Assembly (NCBI GenBank): GCA_021802705.1
Contig: JAJZRL010000002.1
Location: forward strand, 91,024-155,023
Length of the DNA stretch: 64,000 nt
Origin: a bacterium
GTDB lineage: Bacteria > Patescibacteriota > Minisyncoccia > Phycocordibacterales > Phycocordibacteraceae
Direction of reading: 5' to 3'
Below the pieces are notes generated by a model. That model saw only the letters and a list, made by a program, of their open reading frames with translations. It was not told the DNA's origin and did no database searches. Each line of letters opens with the position of its first letter. Position 1 is the first letter of the stretch. Below are positions 18,305 through 26,744 of the stretch, one piece after another. Made by a program: the position numbers and the translations under genes.

Positions 18305-19441
18305 ATGCGCCTTCGAAGCTATCTTGCCATCGCCGTCTCGCTTGCTCTCGGGATCCTCGCCGCGATTTTCTCTTCCCAGATGACGCAGACCTATCACGTT
18401 TCTCCCGTGCCGTCGCTTTCGGTATCGTCCGACCATGCTACAGCTTCTCTGCCTGATTCGTCTGCAAAGTCGAGAACGAGCGTCGGATCAATAGCCTCAA
18501 GCCGGCCTGAAACCGGCCCTTCTCCCGCAAAGACAAAGGCATTGAGAGCGGAAACGTCATCGACGACAGCAAGGCAATCACCTTCGCCTTCTACGCCGTC
18601 CCTAACCGAAGAGGACGCGCTGAATATTTCAGCCTCGCGATTGCGGGCGGCTCTCGTAAACATCATCTGTTACGTGCCTGCAGGCAGCGGGCTCCACTCC
18701 ATTTCAGGAAGCGGCGTTTTTATTGATCCGAGGGGCGTTATCCTCACGAACGCGCATATCGCGCAATATTTCCTTCTTGCTGATCGGGGTGTTTCCTGTT
18801 CGATCCGATCGGGAACTCCCGCAAAAGGGCGATACGATGCCGCACTCATTTTCATCTCGCCGGAATGGATTCGCGCAAATGTCGGAGTCCTTACCGAAAC
18901 GGCTCCGAACGGCACCGGGGAATACGATTTCGCATTCCTCGCGGTGACCAAAAGCACGACAGACACCCCGCTTCCGGCGTCGTTCCCATCCATACCGATC
19001 GCCCAAACGCCGCCTACGCCGGGTACTCCTGTCGTTATCGCTTCGTACGGGGCGCAATTCCTCAATTCCGCCCAGGTTGAGTCCGCTCTCTTCCCTACGG
19101 TCGTTTTCGGTTCGGTTAAAGGCGTCTTCACGTTCAAGACCAATACCATCGACCTCATCGCGCTCGGCGGCTCGGCGGCCGCACAGGAAGGTTCTTCGGG
19201 AGGAGGCGTTGCGGACTCCTCCGGAGATCTCGTCGGCACCATCACGACGAGCACGGTCGACGGACCGACGTCCTCCCGCTCCTTGAATGCCATCACGGCT
19301 TCTTATATCCGTGCCGAGTACGCAAGCGAGACCGGACAAGCGCTTGATATCCTTCTTGCTAAGCCGACATCAAGCGCTATCGCCGATTTTGCTCCGCAGA
19401 TGCCCGCTCTCGAGTCGACACTAACCCTTCCCTTGCCCTGA
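18305..19441 (+). CDS. secreted trypsin-like (S1/S1C-type) serine protease
   Basis: N-terminal signal/TM. Catalytic triad contexts: TNAHIAQ (His), EYDFAFL (Asp), GSSGGGVADSSGDLVG (Ser). Confidence 0.75.
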   Translation: MRLRSYLAIAVSLALGILAAIFSSQMTQTYHVSPVPSLSVSSDHATASLPDSSAKSRTSVGSIASSRPETGPSPAKTKALRAETSSTTARQSPSPSTPSLTEEDALNISASRLRAALVNIICYVPAGSGLHSISGSGVFIDPRGVILTNAHIAQYFLLADRGVSCSIRSGTPAKGRYDAALIFISPEWIRANVGVLTETAPNGTGEYDFAFLAVTKSTTDTPLPASFPSIPIAQTPPTPGTPVVIASYGAQFLNSAQVESALFPTVVFGSVKGVFTFKTNTIDLIALGGSAAAQEGSSGGGVADSSGDLVGTITTSTVDGPTSSRSLNAITASYIRAEYASETGQALDILLAKPTSSAIADFAPQMPALESTLTLPLP

Positions 19442-19460
19442 TTTGTTCAAAAAATTAGTG

Positions 19461-19531
19461 TCGGGCCGCTGGGAATCGAACCCAGTCATCATCCTCCCAA
19501 AGGATGCGTACTACCGGTATACGACGGCCCG
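19461..19531 (-). tRNA. tRNA-Pro (anticodon TGG)
   Basis: Hand-folded: acceptor CGGGCCG/CGGCCCG, anticodon stem CATCC/GGATG with loop TTTGGGA, T-arm CTGGG-TTCGATT-CCCAG. CCA is not encoded. Confidence 0.7.
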
Positions 19532-19593
19532 AAACCGCCTAGACTGAAGCGGAATGTCCCGCACTAGCGGATTCCTCAAGCATCCTAGCAGGT

Positions 19594-19989
19594 TTAGACG
19601 ATTTGGGGCAGATAGCGAACCAGCGCCTTCCCGTCTTTGCGTCGCAGCCATACGAGGCAGCCGTCCACCTGCCAGTCCCCTTCCCATCCCGTATCAAGGA
19701 CATACCATTCCCCCGTCCGAACGACTTTCCGTATCTTCGATTCGTGAAGATTAGATGACGGATCGTATTCGTCGTGCACGCGTTTGTCGTCAGGAAATTC
19801 GTCAACCAAAATCGTCTTTACTTCGACGAAATGCAGCGTGCCGGCTTCCTCTGCGACCACATCCAGCTCCCCTGTTTTCCGCGCGACATTGCGGTCGCGG
19901 ATACTGAATCCGTGTCGGCGCAGGTACTCGGCGACTGCCCTTTCCCCCAGAGCACCCACTTCTTTGCGAGTCTTAAAAGAAATGTTCAC
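19594..19989 (-). CDS. YraN/UPF0102-family (restriction-endonuclease-fold) protein
   Basis: ALGERAVAEYLRRHGFSIRDRN...ELDVVAEE...LHFVEVK. Apparent GTG start. Confidence 0.7.
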   Translation of the reverse strand: MNISFKTRKEVGALGERAVAEYLRRHGFSIRDRNVARKTGELDVVAEEAGTLHFVEVKTILVDEFPDDKRVHDEYDPSSNLHESKIRKVVRTGEWYVLDTGWEGDWQVDGCLVWLRRKDGKALVRYLPQIV

Positions 19990-20118
19990 GGCTTTTAGAA
20001 ATATGGCGTATTTGTTCAGTATACTCTAGGACCGTCCCGAAAAACCGATAATCGACACGTGTCTTTTATCCCCAATATGAACATGTTTATCAACACTTTG
20101 CCATAGAAGTTTTTTAAA

Positions 20119-20148
20119 GCAAAAACGGCTCTTTTGAGCCGTTTTTGC
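20119..20148 (-). terminator. intrinsic terminator downstream of the tRNA-Arg/tRNA-Gly unit
   Basis: Perfect 13-bp stem gcaaaaacggctc / gagccgtttttgc with a TTTT loop in an AT-rich spacer. Confidence 0.55.
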
Positions 20149-20182
20149 TAAAATCAACGGAACAGTCTCTGTAGCTGTTCAT

Positions 20183-20255
20183 GGTGCGGATAGGGAGAAT
20201 CGGACTCCCGTCTCGTCCTTGGCAAGGACGCGTTCTACCACTAAACCATATCCGC
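20183..20255 (-). tRNA. tRNA-Gly (anticodon GCC), CCA encoded
   Basis: Acceptor GCGGATA/TATCCGC, anticodon stem CGTCC/GGACG with loop TTGCCAA, T-arm GGGAG-TCCGATT-CTCCC, 3' ACCA. Confidence 0.8.
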
Positions 20256-20394
20256 GTTAGACGCCATGATAGCATATATCATCCCATTCCTCTATCGTTT
20301 CGCCTCAAAATTGAGCAATCGAACACAAACGAGCCGAAAAGCCATAGCGAGCAAAGCGAATACCGGTAATTTCTAACCCATATGGTGCCCCGAC

Positions 20395-20469
20395 CAGGAA
20401 TCGAACCCAGAATTCGACGTCCGAAGCGTCGCGTGATATCCGTTTCACCATCGGGGCGTACATCAAATA
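20395..20469 (-). tRNA. tRNA-Arg (anticodon TCG), CCA encoded
   Basis: Acceptor GCCCCGA/TCGGGGC, D-stem GTGA/TCAC, anticodon stem CGACG/CGTCG with loop CTTCGGA (G37 is consistent with a CGN reader), 3' ACCA. Confidence 0.7.
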
Positions 20470-20494
20470 CTACGACACATGCTAGTATCACGCT

Positions 20495-21958
20495 ATGCAT
20501 TTCCATATCCCGAAGGAAGTCGCTCCTGTTGCAGAGACGCTCCGGAAAAACGGGTTCGAGGCCTATCTTGTAGGCGGTTGCGTACGCGATCTGCTTATCG
20601 GCCGAGAACCAAACGATTGGGATATAACGACAAACGCGAACCCTGAACAAATCCAAGGCCTATTTCCTGACTCTTTTTACGAAAACGATTATGGCACCGT
20701 TGGCGTGAAAACAGGCTCTGCTAACAAGCGGACCGAAATCATCGAAGTCACGCCTTACCGTATCGAGTCCGATTATTCAGACAAGCGCCGCCCAGACAAA
20801 GTCGAATTCGGCTCATCTCTTCTTGAAGATCTCGCTCGTCGAGACTTCACCATAAACGCGCTCGCGCTCGATGACTCTAAAGGACATCTCGAAGATCCTT
20901 ACAACGGACAAAAGGACATAAAGGACAAAATGATACGGGCGGTCGGGGCGGCAAAGGAACGCTTTAACGAAGACGCTCTCCGGATGTTACGCGCAGTCCG
21001 TCTCGTTGCCGAGCTTGGTTTTGGTATAGACGGCGATGTCGCTAGCGCAATAAGCGAAAATAGAGCGCATTTAAATAATGTTTCACGTGAAAGAGTTCGG
21101 GATGAACTTATCAGGATTTTAAATTCGAGCCGGCCCATGGATGCCCTGGTACTCGCCCAGCAACTCAATATTCTCGAATTCATCGCCCCAGATCTTATCC
21201 GCGGTATCGGTATTGAACAAAATCAAGCCCATAGCTATGACGTTTTTGGGCATCTTATGCGAACCATGCAGCATGCGGCTGATAAGGGCTGGAGTTTCGA
21301 AACAAGACTTGCCGGGCTTTTCCACGATGTTTCTAAGCCAGAAACTCGTCGCTGGTCAGACGAGAAGAAAGACTGGACTTTCCATGGGCATGAAGTCGTT
21401 GGTTCACGTGTAACAATGAAGGCACTCGAAAATTTGCGCTTTTCACGTGAAATAATAGAAAAAGTCGTAAAACTCGTTCGCTGGCACATGTTTTTTTCGG
21501 ATCCTGATCAAATAACGCTTTCCGCTGTCCGGCGTATGATAACTAATGTTGGAGAGGAAAATATATGGGATCTTCTCAATCTTCGTATTTGCGATCGCAT
21601 CGGTACCGGACGTCCGAAAGAACAACCTTTCCGTTTTAGGAAATATAAAGCCATGGTTGAGCAGGCGCTCAGAGATCCGATTTCCGTAGCAATGCTCAAG
21701 ACAGACGGGAGGCATATCATGGAAAGGTTTCATGAGAAACCGGGACCAAGGATAGGTTGGGCACTTAATGCTCTTCTTGAAGAGGTACTGAGTGACCCAA
21801 AAAGAAACGAATTGTCATACCTTGACGGAAGAACTGAAGAAATGCTTCAAATGCCTGACGAATCTTTAAGGGAACTTGGAGATTCTGGAAAAAAGAAAAG
21901 GGAAGAGATGGAAGATGAAGAAGTAAGGAAGATATTGGAAAAGCATCACGTTTGCTAG
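20495..21958 (+). CDS. cca: CCA-adding tRNA nucleotidyltransferase with HD domain
   Basis: GGCVRDLLIG...DWD head domain, RDFTINALA, HD region (HD..K...H). Confidence 0.85.
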   Translation: MHFHIPKEVAPVAETLRKNGFEAYLVGGCVRDLLIGREPNDWDITTNANPEQIQGLFPDSFYENDYGTVGVKTGSANKRTEIIEVTPYRIESDYSDKRRPDKVEFGSSLLEDLARRDFTINALALDDSKGHLEDPYNGQKDIKDKMIRAVGAAKERFNEDALRMLRAVRLVAELGFGIDGDVASAISENRAHLNNVSRERVRDELIRILNSSRPMDALVLAQQLNILEFIAPDLIRGIGIEQNQAHSYDVFGHLMRTMQHAADKGWSFETRLAGLFHDVSKPETRRWSDEKKDWTFHGHEVVGSRVTMKALENLRFSREIIEKVVKLVRWHMFFSDPDQITLSAVRRMITNVGEENIWDLLNLRICDRIGTGRPKEQPFRFRKYKAMVEQALRDPISVAMLKTDGRHIMERFHEKPGPRIGWALNALLEEVLSDPKRNELSYLDGRTEEMLQMPDESLRELGDSGKKKREEMEDEEVRKILEKHHVC

Positions 21959-22275
21959 GTCTTTTCGGAGAGACAAAACAAAAGACCGCACGGTAAGTTG
22001 AGAAAAAGGAGCAGGGGCGTACATGATGGGTCTCAACTCGGGGATTGTGCGGTCTTCGTTTCTAACGAGTGCTTTCACGTGGAACATCGTGCTTTTTTAT
22101 AGCGTAGTGCGGATTCGCCGCAAACCCGTTTGCAGATGACCGTGTTAGGCACACAGAGATCGAAAGAACTCTCAAAGAGCAACTAAGGGAAGATCCTTGC
22201 CGAAGCAACTACCGTTCCCTGTATACCATCGTAAATCTATAAAGGACATTGTAAAGGACATTATCCACAGGTCCT

Positions 22276-23043
22276 TTATGAGAGAGATATGGAAAGAGGG
22301 CAGTGGTCCGATCCGTAGACGTCCGCCGCGATGTCTGATTTTTTCACGCGTCTCATGTGTTCGTTCGCTACGAAAAAATAGTCAATACGCCAGCCGACGT
22401 TCCTATCGCGGGCATGCGTTTTCTGATCCCAGTATGTATACGCTCCTGTAACGCGGGGATGGAAGTGGCGAAATGAGTCGACATATCCAAGACTTACGAC
22501 CTCGTCGATCCACGCGCGTTCTTCGGGAAGGAAGCCGGTATTTTCCTCGTTTTCCTTAGGTCGTGCGAGATCGATCTCTTCGTGCGCCGTGTTTACGTCC
22601 CCGCAGAATATCACCGGTTTTTGTTTCCGGAGATTCTCTATAAACGGCAGGAACGCATCATAAAAACGCATCTTATAGTCAAGCCGTTCGGGTCCCTGCC
22701 CGCCATTTGGAAAGTAGACATTCAGGAGCCAGAAATCTTCGTATTCCGCGCCTATAAGCCGGCCTTCCTGGTCGAACTCTTTTATACCCATGCCGTACAG
22801 CACGTTTAACGGTTCTATTTTCGAATAGAGCGCGACACCGCTGTAACCCTTCTTCTCTCTCGAAGATGAGAAAAAAGATGAAAAGCCTGCTGGCGAGCGC
22901 AACTCGTCGGAGAGTTGTTCCGGGGTCGCTTTTGTTTCCTGAAGGCAGAAAATGTCAGGTTTCAACCGTTTCAGGAACGTGTCCCAGTAGTTTTCTTTTG
23001 CGAGCGAGCGCAAGCCGTTTACGTTCCACGAGACGATCTTCAT
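22276..23043 (-). CDS. xth: exodeoxyribonuclease III (AP endonuclease)
   Basis: MKIVSWNVNGLR...CLQETK...GDVNTAH...SDHCP. Start trimmed to the conserved MKIVSWN. Confidence 0.9.
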   Translation of the reverse strand: MKIVSWNVNGLRSLAKENYWDTFLKRLKPDIFCLQETKATPEQLSDELRSPAGFSSFFSSSREKKGYSGVALYSKIEPLNVLYGMGIKEFDQEGRLIGAEYEDFWLLNVYFPNGGQGPERLDYKMRFYDAFLPFIENLRKQKPVIFCGDVNTAHEEIDLARPKENEENTGFLPEERAWIDEVVSLGYVDSFRHFHPRVTGAYTYWDQKTHARDRNVGWRIDYFFVANEHMRRVKKSDIAADVYGSDHCPLSISLS

Positions 23044-23140
23044 ACGGTTAGTATTGTATACGATTGCGCAGGAATGGTGCGTGCACTCAGCGTGACGGAC
23101 GTTGTTCAAAAAAGGACGCTCTCATGACATCCGGCCCGCC

Positions 23141-24040
23141 TCACGAGGATCGTTTCCGGCTGTGGTATTTCTTATGTATTTCGCGCAAGCGCGCGTCAGT
23201 GATATGCGTATAGATCTGTGTCGTGTTGATGGAGGCATGGCCCAAAAGCTGCTGCACCGAGCGGATATCGGCTCCGTTGGTGAGGAGATCCGTGGCGAAA
23301 GAATGACGGAGCACGTGCGGCGTGACCTTCCGGGTTATGCCCGCCGCGACCGCACGCTGCTTGATGATACGTTCGACAGAGCGGGGAACAAGACGGGACG
23401 GCGCGTGCGCACTTGTCCGGATGTTGACGAAAAGCGCGTCTTCCATGTCTTTGCGTATGGCAAGGTACTGTGTGACGGCATGTTTTGCCGCATCGGAAAG
23501 GAATACGACCCGCACCTTGTCCCCCTTGCCGCGGATCGAAAGGGCATCCTGGGAAAGGTCGATGTCGGTATCGAGCGCGCAGAGCTCCGAAACACGCAGC
23601 CCGGTGGAAAACAGCATCTCAAGTATCGCCTTGTCGCGCCGATCCCTTTCTGTCGCCCCGTCGGCAGATTTCAAAAGACGGTCGAGCTCGACCGGGGTGA
23701 TGAGATCAAGTTCGCGCTCCGGCAGCTTCGCAAGCTCGATACGTTCGGGCGAGAGGCAGGAAAGTCCGCGTTTGCGCGCAAACTTGAGAAACGCACGCAG
23801 CGCGATCATGTAGTAGTTCTGGGTGCGCCGCTTCATCGTGTTTTCTACGCCTGGTTGGCGGTTTAACCATTGGCGAAATTCGCGTACGCGTTCCTCGCTG
23901 ATGTCGGCAATGCTCTTGATATCCATGCGCGTGAAAAAACGGGTCAGATAACGATCGTAATTCTCGATGGTTTTTATAGCGCGACCGCGCTCTATCTCGA
24001 TGTATTCGAGGAATTGCCGTTTCAGTGTCTCCGCTTCCAT
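23141..24040 (-). CDS. xerD: tyrosine recombinase, XerC/XerD family
   Basis: MEAETLKRQFLEYIEIERG...; catalytic region LRHSFAT...GHASINTTQIYTHI. The N-terminal extension in the track ORF is rejected. Confidence 0.85.
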   Translation of the reverse strand: MEAETLKRQFLEYIEIERGRAIKTIENYDRYLTRFFTRMDIKSIADISEERVREFRQWLNRQPGVENTMKRRTQNYYMIALRAFLKFARKRGLSCLSPERIELAKLPERELDLITPVELDRLLKSADGATERDRRDKAILEMLFSTGLRVSELCALDTDIDLSQDALSIRGKGDKVRVVFLSDAAKHAVTQYLAIRKDMEDALFVNIRTSAHAPSRLVPRSVERIIKQRAVAAGITRKVTPHVLRHSFATDLLTNGADIRSVQQLLGHASINTTQIYTHITDARLREIHKKYHSRKRSS

Positions 24041-24137
24041 AGCCGGTAGGGAAAGTATAGCTCGAGCGGGTGATGAATGTGCGACATACCGGACGCACTT
24101 GCGGATTCGAGTAAGGCGTGGTAAGGTGGTATTCTCT

Positions 24138-24404
24138 ATGCTTACCGCTAAGAAAAAGGCGACCACTATAAAAAACGTCGCACGACATGCCGCCGATACC
24201 GGTTCTCCCGACGTACAGGTCGCGCTTCTCTCGAAACAGATCGACGAGCTCGCGAAACACCTCAAGAAGAACCCGAAGGACTTCCATTCCCGTCGAGGAC
24301 TTCTTCAGATGGTCGCCGACCGGCGCGCGCACCTGCGTTACCTTGAGACAAACGACAAGCGCCGCTACAACGCGCTCATCAAGAAACTCGGTTTGAAGAA
24401 ATAG
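24138..24404 (+). CDS. rpsO: 30S ribosomal protein S15
   Basis: MLTAKKKATTI...HSRRGLLQMVADRRAHLRYL. A terminator-like hairpin plus TTTTC follows at ~24409-24433. Confidence 0.9.
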   Translation: MLTAKKKATTIKNVARHAADTGSPDVQVALLSKQIDELAKHLKKNPKDFHSRRGLLQMVADRRAHLRYLETNDKRRYNALIKKLGLKK

Positions 24405-24525
24405 CTTTCCTCACGAAAAGGCGGCAGAACGTCGGGCGCTTTTCAATCGTTCGTGGTAAGATACGAGAGTCGGCATTACGTTCGGCTATGTTCGTTTTTA
24501 TACATTTTACAGAAGCATCTATTTT

Positions 24526-25041
24526 ATGGCGGTTATCAAACATCCAGCTCAACGCGTAGGGGTATTCATTGATACGCAAAATCTCTACCACAGCGCAAAG
24601 CATCTCTATAAAGCGAGAGTCAACTTCAGCAAAATCCTCGAAGAGGCGGTCGGCGGGCGCATCCTGGTGCGCGCTATCGCGTATGTCATATCGACGGAGA
24701 GCGGGGAAGAGAAGAATTTCTTCGAAGCGCTCACCAAGATGGGCATAGAAACGAAGGTAAAAGACCTCCAGATATTCGCCGATGGCGCGAAGAAAGCCGA
24801 CTGGGATGTCGGTCTCGCTATCGATGCGGTCAAGCTCGCCCCGAAACTCGATACCGTCGTTCTGGTAACCGGCGACGGCGACTTCGTTCCGCTTATCCAG
24901 TATCTCGATATGCACGAAGGATGCCAGGTCGAGGTGATTTCTTTTGGAAAATCCTCTTCAAGCAAGCTGAAAGAGGTTGCTCATGCGTTCACTGACCTCT
25001 GCGACGATCCTCAGAAATTCGTTATCAGCTCGCGCGGATAA
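24526..25041 (+). CDS. NYN-domain (LabA-like PIN-fold) protein
   Basis: GVFIDTQNLYHSAK...VVLVTGDGDFVPLIQYL, the acidic-residue pattern of the NYN/LabA family. Sits where pnp usually follows rpsO. Confidence 0.75.
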   Translation: MAVIKHPAQRVGVFIDTQNLYHSAKHLYKARVNFSKILEEAVGGRILVRAIAYVISTESGEEKNFFEALTKMGIETKVKDLQIFADGAKKADWDVGLAIDAVKLAPKLDTVVLVTGDGDFVPLIQYLDMHEGCQVEVISFGKSSSSKLKEVAHAFTDLCDDPQKFVISSRG

Positions 25042-25082
25042 CCCCATAGGCAACGCGTGCTATGGGGTATGATGTTTCTTGA

Positions 25083-26354
25083 ATGGACACGAAAACCCCG
25101 GTACCAAACTCCCTTCCGGAGAAGGAGTCGCTGAAAAAATACATCCGTACGTTCGAGAGCGACATGAACATCCTTAAGAAAGGAGGTGTTCCTAATCTCG
25201 TTCCTCTCGGAGAAAACAGCACCGAACAACCGGTTGAACCGTCTGTTGTTGAAGAAAAGCCGGTTGCGCCGCAACCTTTTCCGGCAATAAAAATTGAAGA
25301 AACTCCGCCTCCGCCTCCGCCTCCGCCTCCGCCTCCGCCTCCGCCTCCGCCTCCGCCTCCGCCTCCGCCTCCGCCTCCGCCTCCGCCTCCGCCTCCGCCT
25401 CCGCCTCCGCCTCCGCCTCCGCCTCCGAAACCGGTTCAAAATCGAGCGCAATCTCGTTTGTCAAGTGTGGACGAGGAAAAGAAACCCTCACCGCTCCAGA
25501 CGTATGCAAGCGATTTTTTCGATCGCGTAAAGAAGACGCGCGCTTCGACCATGACAATACTCGCTGCACAGCAGGATTCGGCGCCGGAACCCCCTCAACC
25601 CCCTCGTCCTCCGCGGGATTCGCATGGTTTGCGGTACGTCATCGCCGGTGTTGTGTTGCTTCTCGTGAGCATCGCAGGCGTCTATGCCGCCTATCTTCGG
25701 TACGCGGTCAATTCTGGGCCGGTTATGATTGCGCCTTCCGTTTCAGCGCCGATATTCGTCGATGAACGCGAACAGGTTTCGGGCACGGGTCCTGTCTTGA
25801 TGCAGGCGATCGAGCGTTCGGGCGCCCGCACTCTCGCTCCCGGAGCGATCAGGCTCCTCTACCTTCAAGACGCGACGACGACCGGCGACAACGTTTTCCT
25901 TTCGCTCGGTCTTCGTGCGCCCGGCATCCTCTTGCGCAACGTGAACGCGTCCGGCGGCATGGCAGGCATCATAAACGCCGGCGGGACGCAAGATCCGTTT
26001 TTCATCCTTTCCGTCGCTTCTTACCGCGACACGTTTGCGGGAATGCTCTCGTGGGAACCGACGATGCCGGACACCATGGCGCTGCTCTTTCCTCCTTATC
26101 CGCTTACAAGCGCCTCTTCGACGACAACAGCCACCAGCACGTCTTCTTCGACGAGTACGCAGCAATATAGCGCCACCCCGCCAGGTTTCCGTGACGAAAC
26201 CGTTGCTAACCATGATGTGCGTGTCTACCGTTCTGTCGAGGGCAGAAGCATCATTCTCTACGGCTACTGGGACCAAAGGACGCTCGTTATAGCAAGAAAC
26301 ACCGCCGCATTCACTGAAATACTGCAACGGCTTGCGACGTCGCGCGCCCAATAG
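25083..26354 (+). CDS. membrane protein with ~42-residue polyproline tract (hypothetical)
   Basis: N-terminal ~75-aa region, then a ~42-Pro run, a TM helix (YVIAGVVLLLVSIAGVYAAYL), and a ~240-aa C-terminal domain of unknown function. Confidence 0.6.
   Translation: MDTKTPVPNSLPEKESLKKYIRTFESDMNILKKGGVPNLVPLGENSTEQPVEPSVVEEKPVAPQPFPAIKIEETPPPPPPPPPPPPPPPPPPPPPPPPPPPPPPPPPPPPPPPPPKPVQNRAQSRLSSVDEEKKPSPLQTYASDFFDRVKKTRASTMTILAAQQDSAPEPPQPPRPPRDSHGLRYVIAGVVLLLVSIAGVYAAYLRYAVNSGPVMIAPSVSAPIFVDEREQVSGTGPVLMQAIERSGARTLAPGAIRLLYLQDATTTGDNVFLSLGLRAPGILLRNVNASGGMAGIINAGGTQDPFFILSVASYRDTFAGMLSWEPTMPDTMALLFPPYPLTSASSTTTATSTSSSTSTQQYSATPPGFRDETVANHDVRVYRSVEGRSIILYGYWDQRTLVIARNTAAFTEILQRLATSRAQ
25303..25427 (+). 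repeat. perfect hexanucleotide microsatellite (CCTCCG) x ~21 inside the CDS
   Basis: Read directly; every reading frame and both strands stay open across it, giving poly-P, poly-R, LR and EA artefact ORFs. Confidence 0.95.
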
Positions 26355-26381
26355 CGCTTTCCGTTCTGATATCATGGCCGT

Positions 26382-26729
26382 ATGGAAATCGAACATGCAC
26401 GACAAAAGCTTGAAGCAGAAAAGGGAAAGCTCGAAGTAGAAATGGGAGGTATCGGGCGGAGGAACCCCGCCGTTCCAAACGACTGGGAATCAGTGCCGTC
26501 TGAAACCGGATCCGAGCCGGACATGGCGGATCAGGCCGACGTCATCATCAACCGCGAGAATAACGCGGCTATCCTTTCCGAGCTTGAGGCGCGGTACGAT
26601 GTCATCCTAGCCGCTCTCTCGAGGATAGAGAAAGGGACGTACGGGAAGTGCGAGGTTTGCGGAAACGACATAGAAGAAGATCGGCTCGAGGTCGATCCTG
26701 CGAGCGCCACCTGTAAGGCGCACCGGTAG
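26382..26729 (+). CDS. DksA/TraR-family C4-type zinc-finger protein
   Basis: Coiled N-terminal part, then GKCEVCGNDIEEDRLEVDPASATCKAH. Confidence 0.7.
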   Translation: MEIEHARQKLEAEKGKLEVEMGGIGRRNPAVPNDWESVPSETGSEPDMADQADVIINRENNAAILSELEARYDVILAALSRIEKGTYGKCEVCGNDIEEDRLEVDPASATCKAHR

Positions 26730-26744
26730 CCGGTCGTTGCACTG

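Noticed and set aside
23141-24265. Longer 374-aa version of the recombinase ORF, and reading the XerC/D gene as a phage integrase marking an island
   Set aside because: The conserved Xer N-terminus begins at MEAETLKRQF (24040). The protein has the XerC/D-type layout. No flanking direct repeats or phage genes were seen, so an integrase/island reading is unsupported.
25303-25427. Possible CRISPR array
   Set aside because: The 6-bp unit has no spacers and no cas genes. It is a coding microsatellite, not CRISPR.
25011-25569. ORFs encoding poly-Arg (25011..25451 -), LR repeats (25294..25530 +) and EA repeats (25192..25569 -)
   Set aside because: Artefacts of the (CCTCCG)n microsatellite, which keeps every frame open. 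Only the poly-Pro frame connects to flanking protein-like sequence.
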